Source of the DNA: Octopus vulgaris
Lineage: Eukaryota
Direction: 5' to 3'
Length of the DNA stretch: 64,000 bases
Assembly: GCA_951406725.2 (NCBI GenBank)
Contig: OX597820.1
Coordinates: 105,524,001 to 105,588,000, forward strand
The notes below the pieces were generated by a model. That model saw nothing but the letters and a program-made list of their open reading frames with translations, ran no database searches and had not been told where the DNA came from. Position 1 is the stretch's first letter, and every line of letters starts with the position of its first letter. The translations under genes were made by a program, and so were the position numbers. This document shows, in pieces, positions 1 through 14,000 of the stretch.

Positions 1-1299
1 CCATGCTATTTGTTCTATTTTGGCATGGCTTCTCTGGCTGGATGCCCTTCCTAACACCAACCATTTTACATAGTGAACTGAGTGCATTTTAATGTGGCAC
101 CTACACAAAAGAGGTTGCCTTGTACCTTGCAAGACTAGAAAGTTTCTATACAGCAATGTATCTAAGAGGGTGGAGAGGAAGACACTGACAAACTGAACAA
201 GGAAGAGATGGTGAAAGAAGTAAGAGTATAACTGGAGAAATAGAGTCATTAAGAATAACAAGAAAGACAAGTAATGGAAGAGACAGAGCAGAGAAATATA
301 GTAATGATATAGGGTTATTAGAGAGAGGCAGTGATGCATAACTACATATTTAGTAGAAAGAAAGACAGAGAGCGAGAGAGCAAGTGATGTGATGGAAAGT
401 TACAGAGATAGATGATGGTAAGAGAGAGTGATATATATCAATTATGAATGATCTGGGAGAACAGGAGCGATGGCTAGCAATATGGAAAGGTGATGATGAA
501 GAAAGTGACGAATGTCAAACATGGATGAACTAAAGTTAGGGAGTGATGACTAGCAGTACTGAAAGGTGATGGAGAGATGTATCTTAAGGGAAGAGATCTG
601 AAAGAATCTTGTTTTACAGGCATCATGATGTAAGAGAGAGACATAGAGACAGAATGATAAAGATGGAAGGGAAGTAAATTTGAAGAGATCTGAAACTATT
701 CCGCATTATACTGATATGGAATGGTACAGAGAATTGATGGGGATGAATAACAGACAGATGAGAGAAAATCAAAATAGCTGGTAAGAGGAGTAAATACAGA
801 CTTAAAAATGGAACACAAGGAGACTATGTAGATATATTATGCATCCAAATATTTATTACGATAAACATACAAACACATATACACACACACATATAGTCTA
901 TATCCAAAAATCCATTCAATATGATGGCTCCCCAATAGAGATTATATTAGATTTTAAGCAGATACTATACTGTGACATTAGCCAGAAGGCCAAGGTGAAG
1001 ATTTAGGGGCTTGCTCTGCTTTTGCCCGAGGCTGGCCTAGTAATGCAATTTTTCAGGTTGCTTCATAACTAAGTAGTTTTGGATTTAGTCTTCCTCAGTA
1101 CAGCACATTAGGCAAGTGACAAGCAAAGCCTTGTGAGTAATTGAAAGAAGCCTGTAATATATGTAAGTATGCATAAATGTGTGTGTGTGTGCATCTATCT
1201 GTCCAAGTGGTGTCATTTACTTCCAATCTTCCATGAAGACATGTCTGACCATAGGGAAGTATTACTTTGCTTGTATATGTATGTCTATATATGTATGTC

Positions 1300-4200
1300 C
1301 GTCTTCGTCGTCGTCTATTAATGCCTGTTTTCCATGCTGGCATGGGTTGGATGATTTGACTGAGGTCTGGAGAGCCAGCAGCTACACCAGGCTGCCCTTC
1401 CTAACGCCAACCACTCCAAGAGTATAGTGGGTGCTTTTTACGTGCCACCAGTCAGGTGGACCTGGTATCGATCACGTTCAGATAGTGCTTTTTATGTGCC
1501 ACCGGTGCAGGGGCCAGTCAGTGGGTTCTGGCATCAGCCATGTTCGGTTGGTGCTTTTTACGTGCCACCAGCATAAGAGCCAATCAGATAGACTTGGCAT
1601 CGACCACATTCGGATGGCATGGAAGCCAGTCAGTAGGCACTGGCCACAGCTACTATATTGGTTTTACTTGACTCAACAGGTCATCTCAAGCATATCATAT
1701 CGCACGACGCATCAGGGGTACTCTTAACTGGGCCGGACATCTTGCACACCACAACTGATGCTTCTTAGGTCCAACTTTTCTCTCAAGGTACTTACACTCT
1801 GTCGGGTATGAACACTGACATTACACATCCATCGGAGCATACTGGCTTCATTTCTTGCGAGCTTACACATATTCTCAGCAGTCACGGCCCATGTTTCACT
1901 ACCATGTAGCATGGCTGTTCGTACACATGCATCATACAGTCTGCCTTTTACTCTGAGCAAGAGGCCTTTAGTCACCAGCAGAGGTAAGAGCTCTCTGAAC
2001 TTTGCCCAGGATATTCTTACTCTAGCAGTTACACTTTCAGCACCACTGCCCCCGCTACTGACTTGGTCACCTAGGTAATGGATGCTATCAGGAGGCGCAA
2101 TGGCCCAGTGGTTAGGGCAGCGGACTCGCGGTCGTAGGATCGCGGTTTCGATTCCCAGACCGGGCGTTGTGAGTGTTTATTGAGCGAAAACACCTAAAGC
2201 TCCACGAGGCTCCGGCAGGGATGGTGGTGATCCCTGCTGTACTCTTTCACCACAACTTTCTCTCACTCTTACTTCCTGTTTCTGTTGTACCTGTATTTCA
2301 AAGGGCCGGCCTTGTCACTCTCTGTGTCATGCTGAATATCCCCGAGAACTGCGTTAAGGGTACATGTGTCTGTGGAGTGCTCAGCCACTTACACGTTAAT
2401 TTCACGAGCAGGCTGTTCCGTTGATCGGATCAACCGGAACCCTTGTCGTCGTAACCGATGGAGTGTTTCCAGGAGGCTATCAACTATTTCTAGTTTTTCA
2501 CCCTGGAATGTGGCAGAAGATGGACTCTGCGCATTTTCAGTGTTTATTGCTCCTGAGCATCTGCCACATACAAAAACTATCTTCCTAGTTAGCCTTCCTT
2601 TGATATTGCTGCACCTCTTATGTGTCCATAGCTTACACTTGGTACATCTTATAAAGTTTCTACCTACGCCCTTTCTGCAGATCGAGCAGGGCCATCTACC
2701 TGAAGGCGTTTGTGATTTGTCTACCTTCCTACTTATTAGGACTTTGGTTTTAGCTAGATTGACTCTAAGGCCCTTCGATTCTAATCCTTGCTACACACCT
2801 GAAACTTCTCCTCCAGTTTTGATAGTGACTCAGCAATTAGAGCAAGGTCATCAACATAGAGGAGCTCCCAAGGGCATCCTGTCTTGAATTCCTCTGTTAT
2901 TGCCTGGAGGACTATGATAAATAGGAGGGGGCTGAGGACTGAACCTTGGTGGACCCCAACCTCTACCCGGAATTCTTCACTGTACTCGTAGCCAACTCTC
3001 ACAGCTCTCACTAACCATTCATCTATCCTTAGTTTCCTCATTGACCACCAGATAAGGGATTGGGGGACCCTGTCAAAGGCTTTCTCCATGTCAACGAAAG
3101 CTAGGTACAGAGGTTTATCTTTGGCTAGGTATTTCTCTTGCAGCTGTCTCACCAGAAATATGGCATCAGTGGTGCTTTTCCCTGGCACGAAACCAAACTG
3201 CATCTCGTCCAAGTTGACTCTCTCCCTAATCAGTTGGGCTATGACCCTCTCCGTAACCTTCATTACCTGATCCAACAGCTTGATACCTCTGTAATTATTT
3301 GTATCTAGGGCATCACCTTTACCTTTGTAGCAGTTGACTATTATGCTGCTACACCAGTTATTGGGTATGACTCCTTCGTGTATCACCTGGTTAACTATAC
3401 GTGTGACTAGGCTATAGCCAACACTGCCAGATATTTTGAGCATCTCTGCAGTAATTCCTGATGGGCCTGGGGCTTTCCCTGTTTTCATGCTTCTTATTGC
3501 CGTAACTACCAGAGAACTGTCAACTCGGATAGCTGGTCCCACTGTTGGGTCGACATTTGGCAGACTCTCTTTATCCCATTCATTTTCTTTATTTAGCAAC
3601 CTTTCATAGTGGCATCTCCAAACCTCTCTCTTTGCATCCTCATTTAGCGCAAGTGAGCCATCATCCATGCGAACACATTTTTCTCCTACCACATCACGAT
3701 TCTCTCTCACACACTGTCTTGCAGCACGAAAAACTTCAAGTCTTTGGTCCTCAGGGTGCAGAACATTGGCAAATTTTTTCTTATCTGCTTCCCCTCTGGC
3801 TAAATAAACCTGTCTCCTAGTTTCCCTTCTGGCAGTCTGATACAATTCCTTGCTACCTCCGTTTTTCCAGTCCCTCCAAGCCTGTTTCTTTTGTCTAATA
3901 GCCCTGTCAACCACATTGTTCCACCACCACATTACCATGGGTCGAGATGGGACTTTGCTCCATCCACAGATCTGGTCAGTGGCTCTCAGCAGATTGTCCA
4001 GTAGAAACCTCCGGCTGTATATATATAAGCTATATCCCCTTCTATTTCATCGAAGACTTCAAGTAGTACATCTCTAAATCTCTGTCCATTTGCAGGATCC
4101 TTAAGCTTTCAGACCCTTCTCCTCCGAGCTGGTCTTCTGGGCAACCATTTTGCCCTGATCCTGAAGTCGCTAACTACTAATCTATGTTGAGGGGTACATT

Positions 4201-4741
4201 CTTCGCCTGGGAAGGTTTTGGCATTTATAAGCAGCCTTCTTTCCCTCTTTCTGACCAGGATGTAGTCAATCTGGCTAGTGTGTCTGCCAGAACAGTAGGT
4301 GACTAGGTGAGAGGTGGGTTTCCTGAAGTTGGTATTGCAAACCATAAGGTCATTAGCATTGCAGAACTCCAGCAGCCTGGTTCCCTCCTCATTGCGAGAA
4401 CCAAAACCATAGCCTCCATGTATGCCATGGAAGCCCCTGACATGCCGTCCAACATGTCCATTGAAGTCACCTGCCACAAAGAGAAGGTCCCTGTCATTTG
4501 TCAATGAGGTAGTCTGCATTTTGTCACAGAATCGGTCTTTCTGTCCTTCAGGCAGCCCCAGTTGAGGGGCATATGCCGAGATAATGGTAGCTGACCTATG
4601 GTGAAGCACCTTAAGTATTCTGTCACATACTCTGACTACCTCGATTACCTTATCTACCCATTTCTCCACAAGAAATATACCCATGCCCCCAACCCCATCA
4701 GTGTTCCCTTCCCAGAAAAATCTTGTACCTGTGTTCTTTGC

Positions 4742-4743
<2 letters not shown>
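1300..4743 (-). mobile_element. RTE-clade LINE, 5'-truncated and degenerate (AP endonuclease + RT + repeat-containing 3' UTR)
   Basis: Minus ORFs 4109-4684 (SAYAPQ, GDFNGHVG, IDYIL, QHRLVV) and 2781-3938 (KAPGPSGI, YRGIKLL, QFGF, FVDMEKAFD, GVHQGSVLSP, LLYVDD). 3' end CCCATGCCAGCATGGAAAAC with (GAC/GAT)n tail near 1300. Confidence 0.93.
2091..2471 (+). mobile_element. tRNA(Arg)-derived SINE nested in the RTE
   Basis: A box TGGCCCAGTGG, TCG anticodon-like loop, B box GTTTCGATTCCC. 11-bp TSD ggatgctatca (2080-2090) / ggaggctatca (2472-2482). The 3' body recurs in reverse near 22150, 28270 and 37790. Confidence 0.85.
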
Positions 4744-4744
<1 letters not shown>

Positions 4745-4782
<38 letters not shown>

Positions 4783-4867
4783 GTTAATCCAAACAAGAAA
4801 ACAAAAAGACAACAACGCGAGGATGTGGAACAAATAAAGTATTATTGGGCGCTCAGGAAAAAAGGGA

Positions 4868-4937
<70 letters not shown>

Positions 4938-5001
4938 GCCTGTATGTGTGTATATATATATGTATTTGCATATATATAATTATGTGTATGCATGTATGTG
5001 C

Positions 5002-5041
<40 letters not shown>

Positions 5042-5228
5042 ATGTGTATGTATATATATGTATGTAAGTGTATATATATATATATATATATGAATGTGTA
5101 TATATATATATATGTGTGTATGTATGTGTATATATATGTATACATGTGTGTGTGTATATATATGTATGCATATATATTTATATGTATGTATGCATATATA
5201 TATATATGTATATATATATATATGTGTA

Positions 5229-5262
<34 letters not shown>

Positions 5263-5534
5263 TGTATATATATGTATGCATATATATTTATATGTATGTA
5301 TGCATGCATGTATATATATATATGCATGTATATATATATATATATGCATGTATATATATATATATATGCATGTATATATATATATATGCATGTATATATA
5401 TATATATGCATGTATATATATATATATGCATGTATATATATATATATGCATGTATATATATATATATATATATATATATGCATATATATATATATGCATG
5501 TATATATATATATATATATATACACATATGCATG

Positions 5535-5574
<40 letters not shown>

Positions 5575-5625
5575 CATGTATATATATATATATGCATGTA
5601 TATGTATGTATGTATTATGTATGTA
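4745..5625. repeat. Compound (TA)n/(TATG)n/TGCA microsatellite
   Basis: Direct reading. It generates the YIYI/CVYI ORFs. Confidence 0.95.
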
Positions 5626-5982
5626 GGCGTGGGCATGGCTGTGTGGTAAGAAGCTTGCCACCCAACCACATAGTTCCTGGTTCAGTCCCACTGCATAACA
5701 CCTTGGGCAAGTATCTTCTATTGTATCCTTGGGCCGACCAAAGCCTTTTGAGCGGATTTAGTAGGACGGAAACGGAATAAAGCCCGTCGTGTGTGTGTGT
5801 GTATACAAACGTGTGTGTATGTATTTGCGTATCTGTGTGCCCCCCCCCACCATTGCTTGACAACCGATATTAGTATGTTTATGTCCCCGTAACTTAGCGG
5901 TCCGGTAAAAGAGTTGGTTTGTTCGACTAAAGGCGGTGCTCCAGCATGGCCGCAGTCAACTGACAAACAAGTAAAGAAATAA
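5626..5982 (+). mobile_element. tRNA-derived SINE (family GGCTGTGTGGTAAG...GAAACAAGTAAAAG)
   Basis: A/B box head. Near-identical copies at 10034, 15789 (-) and 61490 (-). Confidence 0.85.
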
Positions 5983-8249
5983 GTACATACACACACACAC
6001 ACACACACACAAGGAGTTGCTGAAAAATACCTGGCTTTGGATGAAAGAAAATACAGGAGGATCAGTTAATTATGATTTTATTGAACATATTCCCCTATCA
6101 GATTCACACCCTTGTTGCAGTGGACCTTCGGTTTTTCTAAGCTCTGTAAAGGAAGGTTGGAACTCCAGCCTGGTCCTTCACGACACCCTTAAAGGCAGGA
6201 ACTTTTCGGCACACCCACGTAGCATAAGTTGAGACGACCAGAAACTTAATGGTCCTTCAGTCTTACATCAGAATATCCTTTTCCTATATCTCTGCTTCTC
6301 ACATGGAACACCACAAGGGGGATCTAGTTGCAGCGTGGAATGTTTAAATATATAATTTGAGGTTTTTGAAAATTCGGCCTAACGTTTGGAAATGTAATTC
6401 TTGAGGTGCACATCACCTGTTGTCACGATGAGCACACATCATCTAAAAGAAAGAGTTATTCTCCAATGACGAAAAATAACAATGACCAGATTTCACGTTC
6501 GAATCTCTCAGAACTTATTAACAGTGAATAGATAGGTTATTGCTTGGAAATGTATTAATTATAATTTTGTTATACCCAATTGTGAATAATAGGACATGCT
6601 TGTTATACATTTTCTAAATTTTAAACTTTAAAATAGTTTACTGGAAGGCCAGTAATTTTTTCATTTGTTCTCCAACACAGTACAATGTTAAAAATATTGA
6701 TAACCAGATTGTTTTGAGAACTAAGGCTCCATTACTTCTACCGTGTTTGCAGAAGAATCATTTGCCGTCTCGAATATTTCCGACTTCTAAACACTGTTGT
6801 TATATAGTCTTTGTCCTTATACTGGGTTTGTCCATCCTTTTGACAGGTGTTATAGTTTGTCCTGCTGCGTTTCCTTCGCACCTTTCGACATGGTTGAGAT
6901 ATGTAGGGCATACTCCCAACATCCCACTACATAACAGGTTGGACTGGAATACGTAACCAGCAGTCAGAGCGACCTGACATGTGAGTGTGTATAAATGTCA
7001 TAACCAGTAATATACAGCTTCCGCAGTTTCCACTCGCAAGCATTGGTCAAGCCAACGCTATAGCAGAAGACACTTCTATTCAAAGCACAGTGGAATCGAT
7101 CGAACCTGCAACCACATGGCTCCGAAGTTAACTTCATAACCACACAGCCACGTGCGAGTGTCTGGTTGCTGGCTGAGATGAGAAGCAGGAGCAAATATCC
7201 ATGACGTTTTGTAGGCCCTTCCATATTGGTGAAATCGATACCCACCCACCCTGAACATTTTAAAGACAAACAAGAACAAGAGAAATGGTGGTCTATCCCA
7301 AACCTTGCAACAAAGGCGAATCTGCCAAACAGACTCACAAACATACAGGCTGACATATGATCTACTCCAAGAAATGCCAACCAAATCTCCCTTAAATCAC
7401 CTTAGAAAGGACACGCCGAATAACGTAGGCTTAGATATTTCTAAAATTACGGAGAATTTCTACTGGAATATTTGGAAAGACTTCCTTTTGTAACCCCCAT
7501 CCCCCACTTTTTATGATCCTAGTTTCTCTCAACCAGAACTGATATGCCGTTGACATAATAAATATTTAGAGGTGTTTATGTGTCTGCCTGTGGGTGTAGT
7601 TTGCCTGATACGATGAATTAATCTATAGAGCTGACTAAGTGTGATATTTACTTCAGAAATGAATGAGATACACATTTAAAGGAAGATATAAAATAAGAAC
7701 CAAAATAAATTCATGATATTCAGACAAAAACCATGTATATACAAAATAATTAACAGAGATTCTAAGAGAAAGTAAAATAAAAAAAGAGTCGGACTTACAG
7801 TTTCGATACAATAACAGCCGCTGGATATTCAGGCAGTGGCTACTTTTGTTGGTCTTTAATTAATTAATTTTGATTAATAATAAATTTGGTGCCTGCCGAT
7901 TAACTTATTTTAAAGGTTTGTTTTCTTGTTGATGTGTGTTTCAGTCATCGACATGAGGATTCTTCTTCACTACACACATATATTATATATGTATATAATA
8001 TGTTTATATATTATCACGATTTCGCATTTCTACACTCACTGACTGCCTTTCTCTCTTAATAAATCATCTGTCTGCTTCCTTTCTTCTCTCATTCGCACTC
8101 TGTCATTGTTTCATTCTTCATCTTTTTTCTCTCTCTCTTTTCCCATCTAAATATTTTCTATACATCCTGTTTACGGCGATAGAAAATTGCTATTCCTCTT
8201 TCGCTCTTCTCTACTTGGTTACTTTTTTAATTGTTATCCTCCGTTCATC

Positions 8250-8620
8250 CTGCAGCCTCCCACACTTCTGCCTGTCGCTCTCTCTCCCCCTCCCACACTT
8301 CTGCCTGTCGCTCTCTCTCTCTCCCCTTTTCGTCTGTCGCTCTCTCCCCTTTTCGTCTGTCGCTCTCTCCCCCTCCCACACTTCTGCCTGTCGCTCTCTC
8401 TCTCTCCCCTTTTCGTCTGTCGCTCTCTCCCCCTCGAACACTTCTGCCTGTCGCTCTATCTCTCTCTCTCCTTTTCGTCTGTCGCTCTCTCTCTCTCTCT
8501 CCTTTTCGTCTGTCGTTTTCTCTCTCTCCCTTTCGTCTGTCGCTCTCTCCCCCTCCCATACTTCTGCCTGTCGCTCTCTCTCTCTCCTTTTCGTCTGTCG
8601 CTCTCTCTCCCCCTCCTCAC
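8250..8620. repeat. Pyrimidine-rich minisatellite (CTGTCGCTCTCTC core)
   Basis: More than 10 imperfect repeats of ctgtcgctctctc alternating with cttctgc/tttcgt. Confidence 0.9.
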
Positions 8621-8729
8621 TCTCATCTCTACATTCTCTTACCAGTTACTTCCTCACTTACCTCCCTTACTCTCTTTAAGCTCCTCTCTTTCTGTTTTTC
8701 TCAATCATGATCTCCTTCTCTTATGATTA

Positions 8730-10000
8730 TGAGCTGGCAAAGGGCAGCCAGCCAGCTAGCAGAATTGTTAGCATGCCGGGGAACGTGCTTAGGAGCATTT
8801 CGTCCGTCATTATTCCGTCGAAATCGACTTTGCCTTCCATCCTTTTCGGAGATGATAAATTAAGTACCAGTTGAACACTGGAGTCGACGTAACCGACTTA
8901 CCCATTCCCATGAAATTGCTGACTTTGTGCCAAAATTTGAAACCGTTTTTATGAGCTCGGAAAAGGCGGTGAGTGAGCAGAGTTGTTAGCACGCCAGGCA
9001 ATATGTTTAGCGGGTTTTCATCTGTCTCTATGTTCTGAATTCGAATTCCATCAAGGTCAGCTTCGCCTTTTATCATTTGGGGGTTCTATAAAATAAGTAC
9101 CAGTTGATTACTGGAGTCAATGTAATCAGCGCTGAATTTACCATGAAGCAAAATAAGAGGGAAGAAGGCACCACAGAAATGGGAAATGGTTTACGGCACA
9201 AAAGAAATCACTTTAAACTTGTTAAAATAATATTCGGGATGCCTTTATCTCTACTAAGTATAGATGCAGATGTGTTACCTAAGATTAATTTTGAGGATCT
9301 GATCAAAAACTTTGCAATTCAAAAAAGCAGAAGGAAACTTTTCAAATATAAATAAAGTGGAAGATACAAAAATAAACATTATTTTCCCTCTTACTGTTTT
9401 GTTTCGTTTTGAAAAATGAAAATTTATTTTATGGTTTATATTTTGAATTACATAATCTTTTATGGGGATACCAAAATCATTTAAGCGGTTAAGGCCTTGA
9501 TGGGTCTTAATCCGGCCCTGGATGTAATTGACTTACCTCTCCACCAAAATCGTTGACCTTGTGCCAGACTTTGAAACCATTATTATGACTAGCAAAAGGT
9601 TAAGAGCTGGTATGATCGTTAGCATGCCAGGTAATTGCTCACTGGCAATTTGTCTGTCTTTATATTTTGAGTTCAAATTCTACTGAGGTCAGCTTTGCTT
9701 TCATCTTTTTGGGAATCAATTAAATAAGTACCAGTCAAGTATTGAGGTAGATTACATCGAAATTGCTGGACTTCTGCCAAAATTTGAAACCATTATTATG
9801 TGCTAGCAGAATTGTTAGTGTGCCAAATAAAATGCCTAGAGACATTTTTTTCTAGTTGTTTGCATTCTGAGTTCAAATTACATTGAGATTAACTTTGCCT
9901 CAGGGTCAATACAACAAATCCCAGTCAAGCCCTGAGGTTGATGTAATCGACTTACCCTTCCCTTAACTTGCTGGCCTTGTACCAAAATTTGAAACAATAA
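8730..10000 (+). mobile_element. Tandem cluster of Nin/Deu-domain SINE copies
   Basis: Repeated GCCTTTCATCCTTT..GGGGTCGATAAATTAAGTACCAG core with tRNA-like heads (GAGCTGGCAGAAT..GTTCAAATTC), about 4 units. Confidence 0.75.
9127..9520 (+). mobile_element. Internally deleted hAT transposon nested in a SINE
   Basis: TIRs cagcgctgaattta / ttaatccggccctg and 8-bp TSD aatgtaat/gatgtaat. Internal hAT C-terminal dimerisation remnant LSLLSIDADVLPKINFEDLIKNFAIQKSRR. Confidence 0.8.
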
Positions 10001-10033
10001 CAGATCGGCAGAAAAAAAAAAAAAAAACAAGTA

Positions 10034-10431
10034 TGGAGTGGCTGTGTGGTAAGTAGCTTGCTAACCAACCACATGGTTCCGGGTTCAGTCCCACTGCGTG
10101 GCATCTTGGGTAAGTGTCTTCTGCTATAGCCTTGGGCCGACCAAAGCCTTGTGAGTGGATTTGGTAGACGGAAACTGAAAGAAGCCCGTCGTAATATGTA
10201 TATATATATATATGTGCGTGGGTATGTTTGTGTGTCTGTTTGTCCCCCTAGCATTGCTTGACAACCGATGCTGGTGTGTTCATGTCCCCGTTACTTAGCG
10301 GTTCGGCAAAAGAGACCGATAGAATAAGTACTGGGCTTACAAAAGAATAAGTCCCGGGGTCGATTTGCTCGATGAAAAGGTGGTGCTCCAGCATGGCCAC
10401 AGTCAAATGACTGAAACAAGTAAAAGAGAGA
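10034..10431 (+). mobile_element. tRNA-derived SINE, full length
   Basis: Same family as 5626-5982. Confidence 0.88.
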
Positions 10432-10578
10432 GTATGGGTTGGTAGAAGACAGCCAGCTGATAGAATCGTTAAAAAGTCAGAAAAACTGGCTTGTAGCATT
10501 TGTTCTCACTCTGTTATGTTCTGAATTCAAATCTTGTCTTTGTACCTAAATTAAAATTGCTATTTGGGGAATAGCAAA

Positions 10579-11070
10579 GATGGATTTCTGGTTTAAGCAT
10601 CCCATATAACTATATTTTCAAATTTTCAGGAAATTCTTGTGAAGTTGTATTCTACACATAGGAATTAGTTATGCAGAAAAAGAAAAAAAAAATTTGTGTG
10701 TGATTTAATGGTGATTTAGCTGGTGTTTTTAGCACATCCCACGACCACCTGATACCTTCCTCATTTCTTTGTCACTCTGACAAAATTTTTCTTCTGATAA
10801 AACGGAATGATAATGCACCCAAGGGTAATCCATTGCTGAGATTTAATCAAAAAAATTTAGACTGTATTTTCTTTTATTTGGAAAAAGAGTGGAAATTTTA
10901 GCATTTATTGGGTAGGGGGAATTTAAAAAAAAATTTTTTAAAGAAATTTTTTTCATAATCATATGAATTCTTGAGTGTAGAATGCAAATTCTTAAAAAAA
11001 TTTCTGAAAATTCCAAAAAAATAAAAAGGTTATTAGGGGTTATATGGTGTGCTTAAACAAGAATTCCCCC
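10579..11070. mobile_element. MITE with long imperfect TIRs and 8-bp TSD (Merlin/hAT type)
   Basis: TSD ATAGCAAA at 10571-10578 and 11071-11078. Arms tttaagcatcccatataac..attctacac / gtgtagaat..gttatatggtgtgcttaaa. Confidence 0.7.
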
Positions 11071-14000
11071 ATAGCAAAATGGTTAGAACAATGAAAAAAT
11101 ACCATATATTTGTTCCAACTCTTTTGCATTCTGAGTTCAAATATCACTGGTGATCAACTTTGTGTTTACTCCTTTCAGGGTTCAATAGAATGGAGACAAC
11201 CAGTCAAGTACTGGAGGTGATATCTAATGGCACTGTCTCCTCAAAACAACTAGCCTTATGCCTAAATTAGAAGCAATTATTGTGGATTAGTAAAATTTGT
11301 TAGAATATCAGACAAAAAAAAGGCCTGCAACATTTGCTCCATTGCTTTACATTGTGGGTTCAACTCCCACTGAATCCAACTTTGCCTTTTGTCCTTTTAG
11401 GATCAATAAAATAAAGTTCCAATTAGGTACTGGGGTTGATTTAATAGACTTCCTCTTACTCTCCAAATTGCTGATCTTGTGCCTAAATGAGAAACAATAT
11501 TATATTTCCTGATTTTCTCTTTCTCTCTCTCTTCTTCTCTTTCTCCCCATTTCTCTCTTTCCCTCGCCCTCTCTCCTTCATAACACCACATAACACTCAC
11601 CATTTCCCCTCCTGTTCTCACACCAACACCAATCTAATACTTGTGAAGTGGAAGTGTATGGTCTCAGTGGTTGGAGTGTTGGACTCTTGATCGTAAGATT
11701 GTAGTTTTCATTCCTGGATTGAATAATGCATTGTCTTCTTGAGTGAAACACTTCATTTCACATTGTTCCAGTCAATTCAGCTGGCAAAAAGTGTATATTC
11801 CTGTAATGGATGGGCATCCTATCCAGAGACGGGTGGGGTGCAGAATGTGCATGCCACAGAAACAGGGAAACTGGCCATATGAGTTTATATGACTCAGAAA
11901 GGAGCTAATGGAAGGAAATACATGGTGTAGAAAGTAATGCACAGTTTGTGGGTGGCAGTTGTACCCTACAAAAGTAAAGAGAGAAGGAATAAGAGTGAGT
12001 TAGGAGTGCCAGTGTGAAAGTTGCAGGAATCTAACCAGCTTTGGGGATCCGTGAAGATATTATAGTAGCAGTAGAAAAGGACAGAGAAAAGGACAAACAG
12101 GCTGCCTGGGAGCCAGGGGCTGGAGTGTGGCAGTGAGGATGACTTGTTTTCTCGATGCAGTTGAGGATGTCTATAAGTGCTACAGCAGTAACATCCCCGC
12201 CCTAAACTCCTTATTCTGTACCCCCTCCCACACACATATGTCTGTCTGTTCTGTTGCAATATCAGTAAGTTCAGGAACTCTGCATGCTTCAGTTTCATGA
12301 GCTGATAACATTGATACAATGGAGATAAAACAAATAATGATTTTTTTTTAACTAACGTTTCTTTAAAATATGTCAGTTTCCTTCAGGCCATAATGTTTTG
12401 GCAAATTACAGACCTCTCCTGCAATCTGTTTTGTAATGTATGGTCACTGAAATGATGTAGAGGCATTTTATTTTTCACCCATTTCCTACTTTCTTTAATT
12501 CATTTTGAGCTAAGTGGGGCAAGGGGGAGAAAATGTGTCTGTAAAACAAAACCTCTAAAAACTTTGAGAATGTGATAAGATAGCAAAAATGCTCAGTGAG
12601 TCACAGTGGGTTGTACATCATAATATATACATGGAAAGAAGCAATTTACGTCTTCATTTTTTTTTGGTTTCTTCTTATTATTATAGATCTTCAATTTTTG
12701 TCTAATTTTTCCTCTTCTTCTTGTTCTTCCTTTTCCTCAGATTGTTTTAATAATTTCTCTCTTCTTCTTTGTCATTTACTTTCAATTTTTTTTGCTATTA
12801 TTGTTGCTGCTGCTGCTACTGCTATTGTTATTTTAAGATACCTATTGCTGGTGACTTTCCTGAATATACAGTTATGTAAAAGAACTGTTTAGAGGCATCA
12901 TGAGACATCTGCCATGGATTTGACCCAGCAAACCATGAATATAATCATATCTATTGATTATTTTGCCTTTACTCAGTGATGGTGGTTGACAGCAGGAAGG
13001 CTATCCAACTTTAAATACCTTAAATAGGTAACACAGGCAGATTTAAACAGTGTCACCTGTAACTGAGTCAATAAGGAAGCATCTATATGGTCACTGATGT
13101 ACCAAAAATAGCAACCAACTCTTTCTCAAACCACACCTCTGTTAAATATTAAAAAAAGGACACATTTGCCAATAATAGCCCTAGATACCTCACCAAAAGA
13201 TGAGATGGTTGTTGCTGGAATGCCTTTGAACATAGCTCTGCTTGATCAAGGTTGACCTGGGGTAATACAACAATGACAACAGCAACGACAACAACAACTA
13301 CCACCACCACCATTTAGTATATGTCTGTTGTGTTATGTTGAGGGTTCCTTGAATATATTCAAGTGATTTCTTTCTCATTTTTTTCAGCAAGTTGTTTTCT
13401 AACTAAATAGTAATGGTTTATCATGTTTGTCATGCTTTAGCAAGAACAGCCCTGATTTAGAGCCTTATATAAATCACCTCCTCAAACTATAAATGTCATA
13501 CATTAGGGTAGGTGAGTCAAGGTTTCTTTTTAAATTATATTCAGCCTATATTCTCCCTTACCACTATTCTCTAGACTCATTTCTATGCAACCAAAATTCA
13601 AAACATTCTAGACAACCACAGCTAATTTTTTATTTAACAACAAGACTTAAATGAACAAATGAATGAACCTTAATGGTAGAAAACCCTAATGGTAGAAAAT
13701 TGATATACTTACATAAACTCCCTTATAAAAACAACGTTTAGATGTATCTGTATATATATAGAGTGAATTAAGAATTTATAGATATATTCTGCACTATAAT
13801 TTTCAAAAATGTGCAAGAGAATGAAAAAATGGTGAGAAAGGAATGGGTGGGATAGAGACTATAATGAAGTGTTGAGGGATAAGAGGGAAGGCCGAGTAAA
13901 AGGAAGAGTAGGTGACAACTGTAGGAATTTGGTAGGGTTGAGGGGTGATTAATGATATAAATTGGAATGAGGTAAGGGAGAAATAACTGACAGTGTAAAA

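Noticed and set aside
2091-2165. tRNA-Arg gene
   Set aside because: It is the head of a TSD-flanked SINE, not a full cloverleaf with a terminator.
4723-5780. Long YIYI/CVYI ORFs (also 13768-14597, 19660-20418, 34119-35441, 51610-52225)
   Set aside because: Translations of TA/TG microsatellites, with no coding signal.
12170-12270. Possible non-coding first exon of the GPCR (TATA-like motif, donor gtaagt near 12265)
   Set aside because: The motifs are too short to support without transcript data.
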